From Okamejei kenojei (taxonomy: Eukaryota), in the NCBI GenBank assembly GCA_035221665.1, contig CM069155.1, forward strand, positions 40,858,001 through 40,922,000: 64,000 nt of DNA, written 5' to 3'. The notes below the pieces were generated by a model. The model saw only the letters and a list, made by a program, of their open reading frames with translations, was not told where the DNA came from and did no database searches. Position numbers and translations under genes: made by a program. Positions 23,850 to 37,194 of this stretch are shown here, in pieces; within the stretch, counting starts at the first letter, position 1; every line of letters begins with the position of its first letter.

Positions 23850-24737
23850 CATAGAAACATAGAAAATAGGTGCCAGAGGAGGCCATTCGGACCTTTGAGC
23901 CAGCACCATTGTGATCATGGCTAATCGTCCCCAATCAATAACACGTGCCTGCCTTCTCCCCATATCCCTTGATTCCACTAGCCCCTAGAGTTCTATCTAA
24001 CTCTCTCTTAAATCCATCCAATGATTTGGCCTCCATTGCCCTCTGTGGAAGGGAATTCCACAAATTCACAACTCTGGGTGAAAACGTTTTTTTCTCACCT
24101 CAGTCTTAAATTGCCTCCCCTTTATTCTAAGACTGTGGCCCCTGGTTCTGGACTCGCCCAACATTGGGAACATTATTCCTGTATCTAGCTTGTTCAGTCC
24201 TTTTATAATTTTATATGTTTCTATAAGATTCCCCCTCATCCTTCTAAACTCGAGTGAATACAAGCCTAGTCTTTTCAATCTTTCCTCATATGACAGTCCC
24301 GCCATCCCAGGGATCAATCTCGTGAACCTATGCTGCACTGCCTCAATCACAAGGATGTCCTTCCTAAAATTAGGAGACCAAAACTGTACACAATACTCCA
24401 GATGTGGTCTTACCAGAGCCCTATACAATTGCAGAAGAACCTCTTTACTCCTATACAGAAATCCTCTTGTTATGAAGGCCAACATTCCATTAACTTTCTT
24501 CACTGCCTGCTGTACCTGCACGCCAACTTTCAGTGACTGGTGTACAAGGACACCCAGGTCTTGCTGCACCTCCCCCTTACCTAACCTAACCCCATTGAGA
24601 TAATATTGTGCCCCCTTGTTTTTGCCGCCAAAGTGGATAACCTCACATTTATCTATATTATACTGCATCTGCCACGTATCTGCCCACCCACCCAACCAGT
24701 CCAGGTCACCCTTCAACCTCCTAACACCCTCTTCACG
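23850..24737 (-). mobile_element. CR1-clade LINE, young 5'-truncated copy with 3' tail
   Basis: 216-aa ORF 24066-24716 (DLDWLGGWADTWQMQYNIDKCEVIHFG..RPHLEYCVQFWSP); 3' repeat catagaaacatagaaa. Confidence 0.95.
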
Positions 24738-24877
24738 GGTCCTTTCAAAATTGGGATTGAAAAAATTAATATTTCAGTGCAACCCACATTCTACTTCCCA
24801 AATGCCACCAATGCTCCATTCCAATCTAAAAATCTAAGCTTCCTAACCAGCAGCAAAATGGCAACTAGATGGAGCCC

Positions 24878-24995
24878 AAGTCAAGAGTCAAGAGTGTTTT
24901 ATTGTCATGTGTCCCAGGTAGAACAATTAAATTCTTACGTGCTGCAGCACCACAGAATATGTAAACATAGTACACTGTAAACAATATGATAAACG
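24878..24995 (-). mobile_element. Rex1-like 3' tail fragment
   Basis: agtcaagagtcaagagtgttttattgtc...gcagcaccacag; same tail as 10048. Confidence 0.6.
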
Positions 24996-25717
24996 AAGAC
25001 CTTATTCACGTATAGTTGTGAATGAGCTTTTAGATTAACAATCACATACTTTTCATTCAAGTTTGTGCATAATTGTGATGGATTGCTTAAGTTTAATATA
25101 ACAACGTAAGATTCTGTTGACAGAGCATTTGATTATTCAAATAATTAATCAACCTAATGAAGACAATAAACAACAGTAACAGGGTAAAGAATCCTAGATT
25201 ACTTATGGATAGGAATATAGTTTCTTTGAATAATGCATTTTGCAGTCAATACAATTATAGGCTGCCCAAAAATCACTTGTATTTTATACAATATAAGTAA
25301 CCAATTCAAATGAATGTCTGGCCACGTGTTGCACAATAGTAATTCATATGAATAGTTCTCATTTCATAAATAGCGAGGGCAAATGAGCATCTATTTTATG
25401 AACATCAAGAGGATTCAATTATTGAAATATTGTGTTGAACTTAATACTAGATTTGATGTTGTGTAACAACATGTAATTTAATTTTTTTCCTTCAATATGC
25501 ACCTATACACGAATTGAGTAATGGCAAGTGACTATGATAAATACAAAGGTACAAATAGGTTAGATAAATAACTATTTGTACCATCATGTTTGGCAGGATG
25601 TTCAACAACCTAATACAGAAAATGAGCAACATTTATTTAGTGGAAGGGGAATATTTCTTCCATTTTAATGTCATGCTATTTGATATGTTGCAGAGATATT
25701 ACAAGCTATATGAAGCT

Positions 25718-26100
25718 ATACTGATGAAGGACCTGGGGATCAGCGGACAAGCCCTACGCCAGGCCATCAAAGAAACATCACGGGTAGCAGAGCGGAGTAG
25801 CCAGTGGCTCTGGCTGAAGAGGAAAGACCCCATTTGGTCTGCCAAATAACCGACTAGACAGATGCAGAGCGGGGTGGTTCTGGGACGCCAGAATGCACCG
25901 CTGAGCCTACTGGAGACGTCGTGGGTTCAATCAGCGAAACGTTGATGAAAGTAGGTGCCCACTTGATAACCCCAATGACGTGTCTGCCTAGCCTTTCTCA
26001 ACATCGGAGGAGCATAGGTGAGTGCAGAAGGCTCCCATCACCATCGGGAGTAAATTGATATTTGGCACCTTGGATTTTAACATCTAGTCCTGTGTATTTG
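25718..26100 (+). mobile_element. HERO-like (restriction-like endonuclease) non-LTR retrotransposon 3' end; 3' boundary approximate
   Basis: ORF ends LMKDLGISGQALRQAIKETSRVAERSSQWLWLKRKDPIWSAK*, which resembles the HERO C-terminal AE.AS.WLW.KR...W motif; GC-rich 3' UTR. Confidence 0.75.
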
Positions 26101-26139
26101 CAAACATTGTGCTTGCGATGTTTTACAACATTACAGATA

Positions 26140-26560
26140 ATAGCTAATATAAACATTGATCCTTTAGAATCCGACATTGGGGAATTGATAATTGGGAACA
26201 TGGAAATGTCAGAGATCTTAAGTAATTATTTTGTACCAGGCTTATTGTTTTGTAGCAGGCACCTCTAAAATATTAGAAAATCAGAGGACAAAAGGAATGC
26301 AGGAATTTAAAACAATCACAATTGGCATACTGTTTAGCCTGTGGCTTCTGCTTCTAAATGGAATGATCGGAGAGATAGTAGAAGTGTTAGATGTTCCCAA
26401 GATTCCCTTGAAGAGGAAGAGGGAGAGGGAGAGGGAGAGGGAGAGGGAGAAAAAAGTCTGATTTATATCTTTAGAAAATTGCTGAACCCATTACTGCAAA
26501 AGGACACTTAGAATAATGTGGTTAGATAGTCAACATAATTTCAGAATGGAAACAGTGTTT
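26140..26560 (+). mobile_element. Old CR1 ORF2 fragment containing a (GAGAGG)n microsatellite at ~26418-26450
   Basis: NIDPLESDIGELIIGNMEMSEILSNYF resembles the CR1 ORF2 linker. Confidence 0.6.
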
Positions 26561-26959
26561 AAATTTGTCAAATGTAATAGCATTTTTCAAATATACAGAA
26601 AAAAAACATGAAAATGGCAGGACATTTGTTTTTTGAGTTCTGTTCTGTCATTCAATACAATCACGGTTGATTATCTCCCTCAATACCATATCCCTTGACG
26701 CCTTTTGTGTCCGGAAATTTATCTCTTTCTTGAGTATATTTGACGACTTGGCCTCCACAGTCTTCTGTGGTAGATAATTCTACTGCTGGAATGAAGGAAT
26801 TTCTTCTCATTTAAATGTCATAAAACATATCCTGAGCCGTGACTCCTGGTACAAGGCTTTACATTGCCAGGCAAAACCCCTAGTGGAAATTCATTTCCTG
26901 GAAGTTATATTTTGTCTTTTTCTGGTAAGACTGAATCAAAGTATTTGTGTAATGTTTTG

Positions 26960-27080
26960 TGTAGGAAGGAAAAGAGGAAGGAGAAGTCTGAAGAAGGGAC
27001 TCGACCCGAAACGTTACCCATACCTTCTCTCCAGAGATGCTGCCTGTCCCGCTGAGTTACTCCAGCATTTTATGTCTATC
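26960..27080 (+). mobile_element. Short Penelope-terminus (hammerhead) insertion
   Basis: gtCTGAAGAagggactcgacccGAAAcgtta; TSD ttgtgtaatgt(t/a)ttg at 26945-26959 and 27081-27095. Confidence 0.82.
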
Positions 27081-27629
27081 TTGTGTAATGTATTGCTCTT
27101 ACTTTGTTCCCCATTCTATATTCTCCCATTTCTCCCAAATACTCAAAAATGGGATCGATGATTGTCTTCACATCTTTTTCTTTACACTTACTTAGAGAAG
27201 CGTTTACACTCCATCTTGCCCTTTCATAGTCTATTTTCACTCTCAATCTCCCTTGGTCTGTTTTTACCAAATTCGAAACTGCTGCCAATCCTCAGGCATG
27301 CTACTTATACCGGCCACTTTATATAACTTTATGTAACTCCTCTTTGCATCTAATATTTCCTCATATTTTTTTTGCTATTTCATGGAACCAATAAGATGGA
27401 TTGAACATTTAGAAAACGTATTTGGAGTTTAGAAGATAAGGGATAAGTTTACTAAAGTCTGCAAGACCCTCAGGAACATGATAGAGTAGATGTTGAGAAG
27501 TTGTCATTTGTGGAAGTCTGAATTGAGGGGATATAGTTACTTAATAAGGGGCAGCCATTTAAGATTTTTGTTGCAGAGAATGGTGAATCATTGGTGTTTT
27601 CATTGGAAGGCTGAGGTTCAGCAGCTTCA

Positions 27630-27990
27630 AGTTCCTGGGCCCAGCACATAGATGTAACCACAAAGGTGGCACACCAGCACCTCGACCTTCTCAGAAGAGA
27701 TTCAGAATGCAACCGAATACTCCCAACAAACGTCTACAGATGCACTGCAGAAAGTATCCTGACTGGTTGCATCATGGCCTGGTCCAGCAAGTTCCAACAC
27801 AAGGCAATGCAAGATACTACAGAGTGGTATCTCAGTGCAGTACACCCCACGATCGAAAGCATCTACATGATGTCTTGCCTGAAGAAGGCAGTATCTGTCA
27901 TCAAGGATCCGCACCATCTGGGCCAGGCCCTCTTCTTGGTGCTCCCATCAGGCAGGTGATACAGAGGCCTGAGGTCTCACACCACCAGGA
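27630..27990 (+). mobile_element. Rex1-like LINE fragment
   Basis: ORF 27666-27959 NVYRCTAESILTGCIMAW..IKDPHHLGQALFLVLPSGR. Confidence 0.8.
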
Positions 27991-28021
27991 CAAGGATGGC
28001 AGATGTCCTCTTCTGTGAGAT

Positions 28022-28620
28022 GTTACAGAGTCATAGCGCTAAACAGCATAGATACAGGCTCATCGGTCCACGCCCACCAAATTGGCATACTAAGCTGATC
28101 CCATTTGCCTATATTCGGTTCAACGCCCTCTGACCCCTTCCCATCCATGTATCTGTCCAAATGTCTTTTAAAGCCATAATTGTATCCACTTCTGTAGCTT
28201 CCTCTTGCAACTAATTCAAGATACGGACTACTCTCCGAGTGAAAAGGTTGCCCTGAGATCCCTTTAAATTTCTCCAAAGAAAAAAGTCTTAACCTATCCA
28301 ACTACTCCCTTTAGCTCGTCCACAAGTCCAGGAAACAACCTAGTAATCTTTTCTGCACCCTTTCCAACCTAATGACATCCCTCCTGTAGCTAGGCAACCA
28401 GAACTGCATACAGTACTCCAAGTGTGGTCTCACCAATGACTTGTATATCTGCATCATGATGTGTTAATGTTAGTACTCAATTCCCTTCCTTTTGAAGGCA
28501 AACGTGCCAAACACCTCCTTCACCACACTGTCCACCTAACTTGCCATTTGCAGTGAGCCATATACCTGTACTCCCAGATCTTTGTTTTGCAAATCTCTCC
28601 AGGGCTCTAACATTTACCAG
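28022..28620 (-). mobile_element. CR1-like LINE 3' fragment (older subfamily)
   Basis: DRLRLFSLE..FKRHLDRYMD; tactccaagtgtggtct (RPHLEY on minus). Confidence 0.8.
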
Positions 28621-29479
28621 ATTTACCAGAGCAGTTTCAATGGGACCTTATGCTTACCCTTGCTCATTTCCTTCTATAAAAAGGCAGTTAATAAATGTAA
28701 AATGTTATTGTATAATATCAGATTTTATTCTGTTTTGTAATAGCATTGTGACCAGTAGAATGACAAGTCTATTAGTTTAAGCTTAGGCTGAATTAGCTAT
28801 TTGAATACATTGAAATACCTACATTGATTCAGTGCTTTCAAATTTAAATGGAACATAAAACGGAATGATTGACATTACAACTCACCAAGTGTCTCATGGG
28901 TTGCAGTTTCATCTTGATGAGTGAGGATTAAGGTTTGTCAATTATTGTGCAACATATCATTTTATATTATAACAATCATACTGTAATAATCATGCTGAGC
29001 AAATAAGCCATTGTAGTTATCTTTCTTATTATCTGTACTAATTAGGCACTAATTTATGCATCTGTTTTATTCCAGAAAATTCAGCACGGAACTAATGCGT
29101 CCATTTTATTTAATTATAAAACAGCTAAACCTGCACTTTGAAGCTTCAATCACATGTTTGTTAATGAGGTTCTGCACAGCAGCATAATGCTGAATTAGTT
29201 CACAATATAACATCAAATTCTATTAACATACATGGAAAAAGGCACTAATATTTTTGTTATTCTTCTTACTCAGCAGTTTAGCCAATGTCACAATCAATAG
29301 TGTTTTCTCATGTCAGCTCCAACCCTTACATTGAACTTCACCGATTAATTTGTTTGTTAATGAAATAAATTCCTGAGTGAATTGAGTACGGAAAGAAATG
29401 AGACCACCTTGTGTTGATATGATGCATCAGATTTGCAGGACATGAGGTGTTCCACCAAAGACATTATCCTTGAATTGCA

Positions 29480-29740
29480 GTCAAGTACACTGTGCACATA
29501 AACAATGCAACCAGTGTGCATGAGAAGATCCCACAAACCAGAAGTGAAAAGAATGGCACTTTTATAGTGCCATTAACAAAGGGATGTACACCACCTCGGG
29601 ATCTTTTAATAAAGCAGCGGAATGGGGCCTGATTTAACTTATTTTAAAATGTTGCTTTAAATTATTTTGCAATGCATTCATTGGAGCAGGATTTGATCTC
29701 ATAACCCATCATTTCAGCAGGGACATTTCTACCAACTGAG
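29480..29740 (-). mobile_element. Deu-domain SINE relic
   Basis: aagatcccacaaac...ggggcctgatttaac...ggagcaggatttgatctcataacc...ctaccaactgag (reverse tRNA head). Confidence 0.5.
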
Positions 29741-30224
29741 TTTGATTTTAAACTGTAAAAGCGTTTTTTTTAACACATGGGATAGATCAGATTGGAACGT
29801 ACTCCTGATAAGTGCAATAAAATCTACTTAGTGTCTTACTTGCCACTCTAGATAATGTAACTTGCGTTAGAAAGCAAATTCTCATGGCTCAGTGACATAA
29901 TTGTATTTACGAATGGAGCCATAATGGAACTCTGTGATTTTTAATTTACTGTGGCATCACTGAATTATGGGATAAATTCAATTCAGCAGATTGTTTATTG
30001 TGCACGAGTTCAAAAATTGGCTCCACCACACAATGGAAACAGGTCAATAACAGAAACAGAATTTAATTTGGATCTTAAATTACATAATTTATTTAGTGTA
30101 GTAAATCCTACATTAATTTGAATTTAAATATGTTTTCAGAAGAAGTTAGACAAATGTGTAGTGTTAGAATATTAATGTAATTTTAACGCTGTACATTTTT
30201 CTCACAATCTTTTCCTCCAAGTAT

Positions 30225-30902
30225 TAGAAACATAGAAAATAGGTGCAGGAGTAGGTCATTCAGCCCTTCGAGCCTGCACCGCCATTCAATATGATCATGG
30301 CTGATCATCCAAAATCAGTACCCCATTCCTGCTGTTTCCCCATATCCCTTGATTCCGTTAGCCCTAAGAGCAAAATCTATCTCTCTTGAAAACATCCAGT
30401 GAATTGGCTTCCACTGCCTTCTGTGGCAGAGAATTCCACAGATTCACAACTCTCTGGGTGAATTGGTTTTCCTCAACAGTTCTAAATGACCTACCCCTTA
30501 TTCTTAAACGGTGACCCCTGGTTCTGGATTCCCCCAACATGGGGAACATTTGTCCTGCATCTAGCCTGTCCAATCCCTTAAGAATTACATATGTTTCTAT
30601 AAGATCCCCTCTCATTCTTCTAAATTCCAGTGAATGCAAGCCCAGTCAATCCATTCTTTCATCGTATGTCAGTCCCACCATCCCCGGAATTAACCTGGTG
30701 AACGTACGCTGCTCTCCCTGAAAAGCAAGAATGTCCTTCCTCAAATTAGGAGACCAAAACTACACACAATACTGCAGATGTGGTCTCACCCGAGCCTCGT
30801 ACAACTACAGGACCTCTTTGCTCCAAAACTCTAATTCTCTCAAAATGAAGACCAAAACGAAGAATTAGTTTTCTTCACTGCCTGCTGTACCTGCATGCTT
30901 AT
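30225..30902 (-). mobile_element. CR1-clade LINE 3' fragment with tail
   Basis: ORF 30364-30639 SLEFRRMRGDLIETY..QRVVNLWNSLP; tail tagaaacatagaaa. Confidence 0.93.
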
Positions 30903-31299
30903 TCTGGAAATAATGTAAAATGTAAGTATTTAATGTATGCAGTCTACAATATCATTGTAGATATACATGTAGCCTCACCTTTAACAAATAGGAATAAATT
31001 GTGAAGTTGTCAACATACTCAGCTGGAAAACATGGCATAAAGATGGAAGAAAATCACTGGCAGCCACAACTGACCAAGATAAATGATCTGATATAAACGA
31101 TCAATCAGCAACTGCAATATACATTGGCATCTCTGCAAGAAAAGGGGAAGTGTTTTAACAAAATTATTATTGACTGTTAAGTCTTTATCTCTTCAAACAC
31201 AGACTAAGTTCCATGTTTTTTTTAAATTGTCACATGTACCAAGATACAGTGAAAAACTATTTTACGTGCTATCCAAGCTAATCATACCATTCATGAGGA

Positions 31300-31850
31300 C
31301 ATAAAAGATGGCATTTTTATTCAAGAAAGGCAGGGGGAGCAGCTAGGTAATTACAGGCTAATGAGTCTAACATCAGTGGTGAGGAAATTATTGGAAAGAA
31401 TTCTGAGGACAATTTTAATCTGCACTATGGTAGGCAGATATTAAATCAAGGATATTCAGCATTGTTTTGTTGAATTTAGATGACAATTTTTGAAGCCATA
31501 ACTAAGCATGTCAATGAGGATAATGGATTTGAGGTAGCCTCCATGAAGCTTTGATAAGGTCCCAAGTGAGAGACTTGTCCGAAAGGTTCAAGCCCATCGG
31601 ATCCAGGGCAATTTGGCAAAATTGGTATGGTGATAAAAGGCAGAGAGGGACGACCAAGGGTTGTTTTTGTGATCATATTTTTGTGACTTGTGGTGTTCTG
31701 CAGTAATTGCCGTTGTGATCTTTACTGTTTGTTATATAATCAGTATAGGAGACATGATTGTTAAATTTGCAGAAGATATTCAATTGGTGGTTGACAGTTG
31801 TCTTAGGCTAAGATAGTATTTGGCTGTTATGGATATTGATGAGTTGACTG
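31300..31850 (+). mobile_element. Old CR1 RT fragment
   Basis: tattcaagaaaggc..ggtaattacaggcta..agtctaacatcagtggt (FKKG..GNYR..SLTSV); aaatttgcagaagat (KFAED). Confidence 0.7.
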
Positions 31851-32439
31851 AAAAAAAGTGTGTAAATTTCCTCTAATGGTGATTAATGGACAGCTCAAAT
31901 TTGAATTTGCTTCCAACACACTTTCAAAGCAATTGCCCACAGTTTATAATTCAATTTGTTGTTAAAAATCTAATTTCTGGCATTTACTCAGTTAGCTGAA
32001 ATCTGTTTCATGATTACTGACAATTCTGTGGTATCTGGAAACAATTTCTCAGCACATATACAATGAAAATTTTTAATGCTTTTTCATATCTTTATTCATT
32101 TTTACCCCAAATTTTCAATGTAAATTCCAAGATGAAAAGCTGAATTTCTAGTCTCGATGCAATTGGTCCTGAATCACTTATACCACCAAAGTAAATCTCC
32201 TCTGCACCCTCTCCAAGGTTTCAATATTCTTCCTAATTGTGTTTTCCAGAGGTGGACTCTTCTCCAACTGGTGGGGCATATTCAGTGATTTCTAAAAGTT
32301 TAGTATAGCTGCCTTGCATCCATTTATGAATGCAATAATTCCTCTTTTTGTTTTTACACACCTTTTCCACTTTTCTCGCCATTTTCAAAGATTTGTATAG
32401 CACACCACCAGTGTTTCTGCACCCATTTTACAATTATAC

Positions 32440-32601
32440 CATCTCTGGAGAGAAGGAATGGGTAACGTTTCGGTCTGAAGAAGGGTCTCGACCTGAAACA
32501 TCACCTATTCCTTCTCTCCTGAGATGCTGCCTGTCCCGCTGTGTTACTCCAGCATTTTGTGTCTATCTTCGGTGTAAACTAGCATCTGCAGTTCCTACCT
32601 A
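32440..32601 (+). mobile_element. Short Penelope-terminus (hammerhead) insertion with a 5' inversion
   Basis: 32440-32474 is an inverted copy of 32490-32526; TSD cat(t/a)ttacaattatac at 32424-32439 and 32602-32617. Confidence 0.85.
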
Positions 32602-34794
32602 CATATTACAATTATACAACTTAGATTACGTGCTAACGCTTCATTCTTCCTCCCAAAGTACAGTATGCCACCCTTCTCTGGTTTATTTTTTAATCTGCCA
32701 TGTGTCTATTGTGGTCCTTTCTTAATGCCCTTTGAAAGTTCACATACAGTATCAATTGTCCTGCCCAACATCAACCCACCAATTTACTTTGGCAAAGAGC
32801 TGTCGAGATAGCTAACTGTGATCTTCTTAACCTAACCTTTACAGGGTGTCATTTATTAATTCATGTTTTTCATTGATAATTTTGACACAGATTATTGTCT
32901 CAAAACAAATCTCAATCATTGCCATCCAGCTCTTTGATCTATTATGGTCTGGTTTATCAGTCACCGCAAACTGTCCAAAAATATATATTTCTTAGTGATC
33001 GACTTTGATCCCATTAGTTTCTTTTCTCCTGGAGCTGGAGTGCTTCATTATGATAAAGTAGTGTAATTCTGTAAAAATTAAATAACACACATCCAAAAAC
33101 CTGGGCCAATCTATCTGTCAAAAATAGATTCAAATTCTGGCCTTCCAGTTGTAATTTCAACAGTTTAACCAGAGATCTTTGAGGTTATCTGATGCATAAC
33201 TAAGGTTAAAAATCAATAGCAGTCCCTCCAAATATTTTACTGTATCATGATACAGGTAACAATAAACCAATACACAAAAATGCAACTATAAAATGTTATT
33301 GGAGTAACTGCCCAGAACAAAATATTAATGAGAAATGCAAAGTGGGTTATTTTCATGAACAACACATTGATACTTAAGAATAGACTGAACTGAAATAACC
33401 AGATAAAACCTGTGACCTAGCCACTCAAAAACATAACTCAGCAATCATAGCACCAGCAGGATCTGGAAAAATGAGTTTCAGTAGTGCCTTTGCCAAATAA
33501 ATTTTAGAAAAATGAACAGCCCCCATGTTGTGATGTGTCCCAGAGGATCCCAAGTCAGCCATTCTCCTTTCCTTCTATCCATCATATTCACACAAATCCC
33601 AGGGGTGGACCAGTTTCTGAGGACTTGCACAACGCATTATCCTCGAGCTTAACAATCCAATATCAGTGTAGCAGGGGATAATTACTTTCCATTGATGATA
33701 AAATGCCTCAAACCCTGTCAAGCATAGTAATTTGCATCTTACAGCATTCAAGATCAATAGAAACAGTAAAAGCTTTTTTTTACAAAGAGAGCAGGCAATG
33801 CCTGCACTGGACTACAGTGGTTAGAAACCCAAGAACAGGAATGAATATATAACAAAGGGGAATCAGGACAGATAGACAATAAAATAATATTGTCAAGAAT
33901 AAATAACAAAGAATGAAACTCGGGACGGTGTACCAGTCAATTTGAAGGAAGAAAAATCAGGGCACTTGTCATAGAATGGAATAGAGATAACCACTCGAGA
34001 TTAGGCTGGTATTAAATATTGGATTACCAAACAAAATATATAATCCATTTAGAGGCACCGATGGCAGTTCTCTAAAGCACATTTATTTGCAGCCTACGGT
34101 TCAACAACTGCCATTATAACTCAATTTCTCATCATTAGAAGAGCAGTATCAATGTCACAGTGGTCTGCTGGAGGAGGTCAGTTTCACCAAAGGAGTGCAT
34201 TCATCAGGGACAGACAGGAACTGAGGAGCAACTCAAACTATTGTCTGTTGGCAAATTTCTTGATGAGTGGTGAACATAATATTTTAACATCACAACAACA
34301 TCATATAGAGCAACTAGCCCATCCTGTAGAAGAGCTATGATGAGAACATAATTTTCAACTGAAAGTGGTGAAAAATATTAATGAGTAAGTGGGAAATAGG
34401 CTTTTTGCAAAATGTCATCCGCAAATGTGAAACTGAACTATTCCCTTAACTACAATTACAGATAAAAATGTCCTCATGCTACAAGGATTATCTCCATTAC
34501 TACAATATATTAATTATTACATTATTATGATCCTCTTCCTATTCTCCACACACAAAAATCTAACATTAAAGTTTCAATACTGGAGAGAAAGATCAAAGTT
34601 GAGATTTCCCAAATTGCGATAACATTCTGGGATCTTTGATTAGATAGCCTAAATTTCACACTTAGATTTATTTTGTTTTTTTGTTATCCTTTCCTCTGAC
34701 ATCCTTCCCACACTTACACAGTTGGAATCACTTGCAAGCAAACTCACCGTATCTCCAATAAATCACCTGCGTGTTGAAGGTCAGCCATCTGGAC

Positions 34795-35114
34795 CAGGGG
34801 TGGGTAACCTTTTCATGGTGGAAGGCCGCATTAAGTTAGCTGTAATCTAATAAGGCCGCATCCACGAAACTTCAATTAGATATACTTCAAAATGTACATT
34901 ATTTTGTTAAAATAGCCCTCATGACTTGCTAATGTTTTAATTGTGGGGACGATTATTTCGTTGAATCTTCTTTTACTCTTTTAAACACATTCATTTTAAG
35001 ATTAAAATAAAAATAATAAAAGATGAACAAAAACATAATAATAATAATAAAAATTTGGATTCATTCAAAAGGCCGCACTTAATGGCTTAGAAGGCCGCAG
35101 GTTCCCCACCCGTG
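34795..35114. mobile_element. hAT (Charlie-type) MITE, 320 bp
   Basis: TIR caggggtgggtaacct / aggttccccacccgtg; 8-bp TSD atctggac (34787-34794) / atctagac (35115-35122) fits NTCTAGAN; subterminal aaggccgca x4. Confidence 0.9.
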
Positions 35115-36644
35115 ATCTAGACAATGAAAGTCTCCGCTTCCATCCACGTCTTGATTGAGAGTAGCTAACGTCAAAGGTAGCTGCAAGGATACTACAATCA
35201 ACTTGATGGACCTAAGCTATACACATGAAAAAATGTGTAGCATGGAACTGCAGATGCTGGTTTAAACCGAAGATAGATGCTTCCATCCATCTCAATTCAT
35301 TTGACTGCTAGGGAGCAAGCTCCACAAATCCTGTGGAAGAGCTCAATTCCATTCCCAGCAAGATAATTCCATTTGGAGTCAGGCAATATTGCATTAATAA
35401 GGAATTGCAGATTAAAAATTATAATGTGGATCAGGAATTCCAGAGGAAATGTATCACGAGACAAACATTGAAAGTCACATCAGCAGAATTAGTTAAATAA
35501 TTACTAGTTATGAAAAATAAATTCTCTGCTCTCTATTCACAAATCTCATTTATTTAAATCAATATTCATTCTTTGTTAAATTACATCTCTTAAAAATTCA
35601 TTTGTTAAATTTCTGTATTCATCAGAAAAATTAGATTAGTTCATTTAACAAAAATTTTGAACTGAATTTGCATCCTTCATTGTGCCTGAAGCGGAGTACC
35701 ATTGCAGGTGATGTATTTCAACGTGAAAGGTGGGAGTGCTCAAAAAGGGTATATTTAAATACTTACTGTTTATGTTTCAAGACCAGCATAATTGCTATAA
35801 AATTGAAGATAGATGACATTTCAATTTAAGATGCTCTAGTTTAATTAAATAATGTAAAAAAATCTTGTTATATTCCTTCAATCGAATGAATTTATAAATA
35901 TATAAATAAGGTCTTCTCATTTACTGTCAACGATGGGGTGATTTTCTATGTCATAAATTCCACATTCCTCTAGGTTTAAAATGATAAATTCTTGACGGGA
36001 CATTAATGGAAATGTGGTGTTGATGGTAAAATAGCTGTGGAACATATTCACTATATATTCACTATAGTATCATGTTTGTATTGTACACAATAGCATATAC
36101 CTTTTCAGCCAATTTAACTATATTCATGGTTCTTTGCTTAACAAAATCATTGTAATGCACAAAATAGCACCCGTTTTTCTTCACGCACAGAAAATCATCC
36201 CCAATAAATATTTTATGAGCTGTCAATATTAGTTGTGAAATTATTTTTTCCCCAGAAATAACATGTAAAATTCAACCACATCAGGATCCAGTGGTGCAGA
36301 GGGGCCGGTGGCATACAGCATTAGACACATACCTTTTAGATCTTTGACTACAATCAACATTTTGCGCAGACTGATGAGATGGTTTGTTTGTTTGCTGTCT
36401 GCCAGAATTTTACATTATAAGATTGCAAAGAGCCGTTTCAATTCTTAACAGGCATGGCCTCAGAAAAGAAGTTGTCAATAAATGACAATGCTAATCAGGC
36501 AGGTCCCAAAATGGCTTATGTGGGAAATGGAAAACTTTAAATTATTTCTCCACAGCAAACATAAGGAAAAAATAAAGAAAATGTTAATACCTTGTAGGCT
36601 TTCAGTAATACAGAACATCAAAGGAAAACACTCAAATGGTCACA

Positions 36645-36835
36645 CTGTGGATGCATCCCAGACCATCATACAAACCAACCTCTCTTCCATTGACTCCATC
36701 TATACTTCAGGCTGCTTAGGCAATGCCACCGGCATAATCAAGGATAGGTTTCACCCTGGACATTCCCTCTTCTATCCTCTCCCATCAGGCAGGAGGTACA
36801 GGGGTGTGATAACGCACACCTCCAGATCCAGGGAC
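36645..36835 (+). mobile_element. Rex1-like LINE C-terminal fragment
   Basis: LSSIDSIYTSGCLGNATGIIKDRFHPGHSLFYPLPSGRRYR. Confidence 0.8.
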
Positions 36836-37028
36836 CAGCATACACAGTATTCAGGCATGTACTGGTGTAGCAAGTAACATTTCTATCACACAAGTGCCTT
36901 GCCATGACAATCTCCAAGACGGGAGACTAAAGCTACCTACATTTGAAAGTAACAGCAGTGTCTTCACCCACCATCACATCCTGGGGGTTCATATTTAACC
37001 AGAACCTCCGGTAGAACAGCCATATAAA

Positions 37029-37194
37029 GAAAGGTAGACACAAAATGCTGGAGTAACTCAGCAGGACAAGCAGCAACGTCACATCACCCATTCCTTTTCT
37101 CTAGAGATGTTGCCTTTCCCGCTGAGTTACTCCAGCATTTTATGTCTACCTTCGATTTAAACCAGCTTCTGCAGTTCTTTCTTACACATTTTAT
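37029..37194. mobile_element. Fold-back Penelope-terminus insertion (hammerhead core deleted)
   Basis: aaggtagacacaaaatgctggagtaactcagc / gctgagttactccagcattttatgtctacctt; TSD ccatataaa at 37020-37028 and 37195-37203. Confidence 0.8.
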
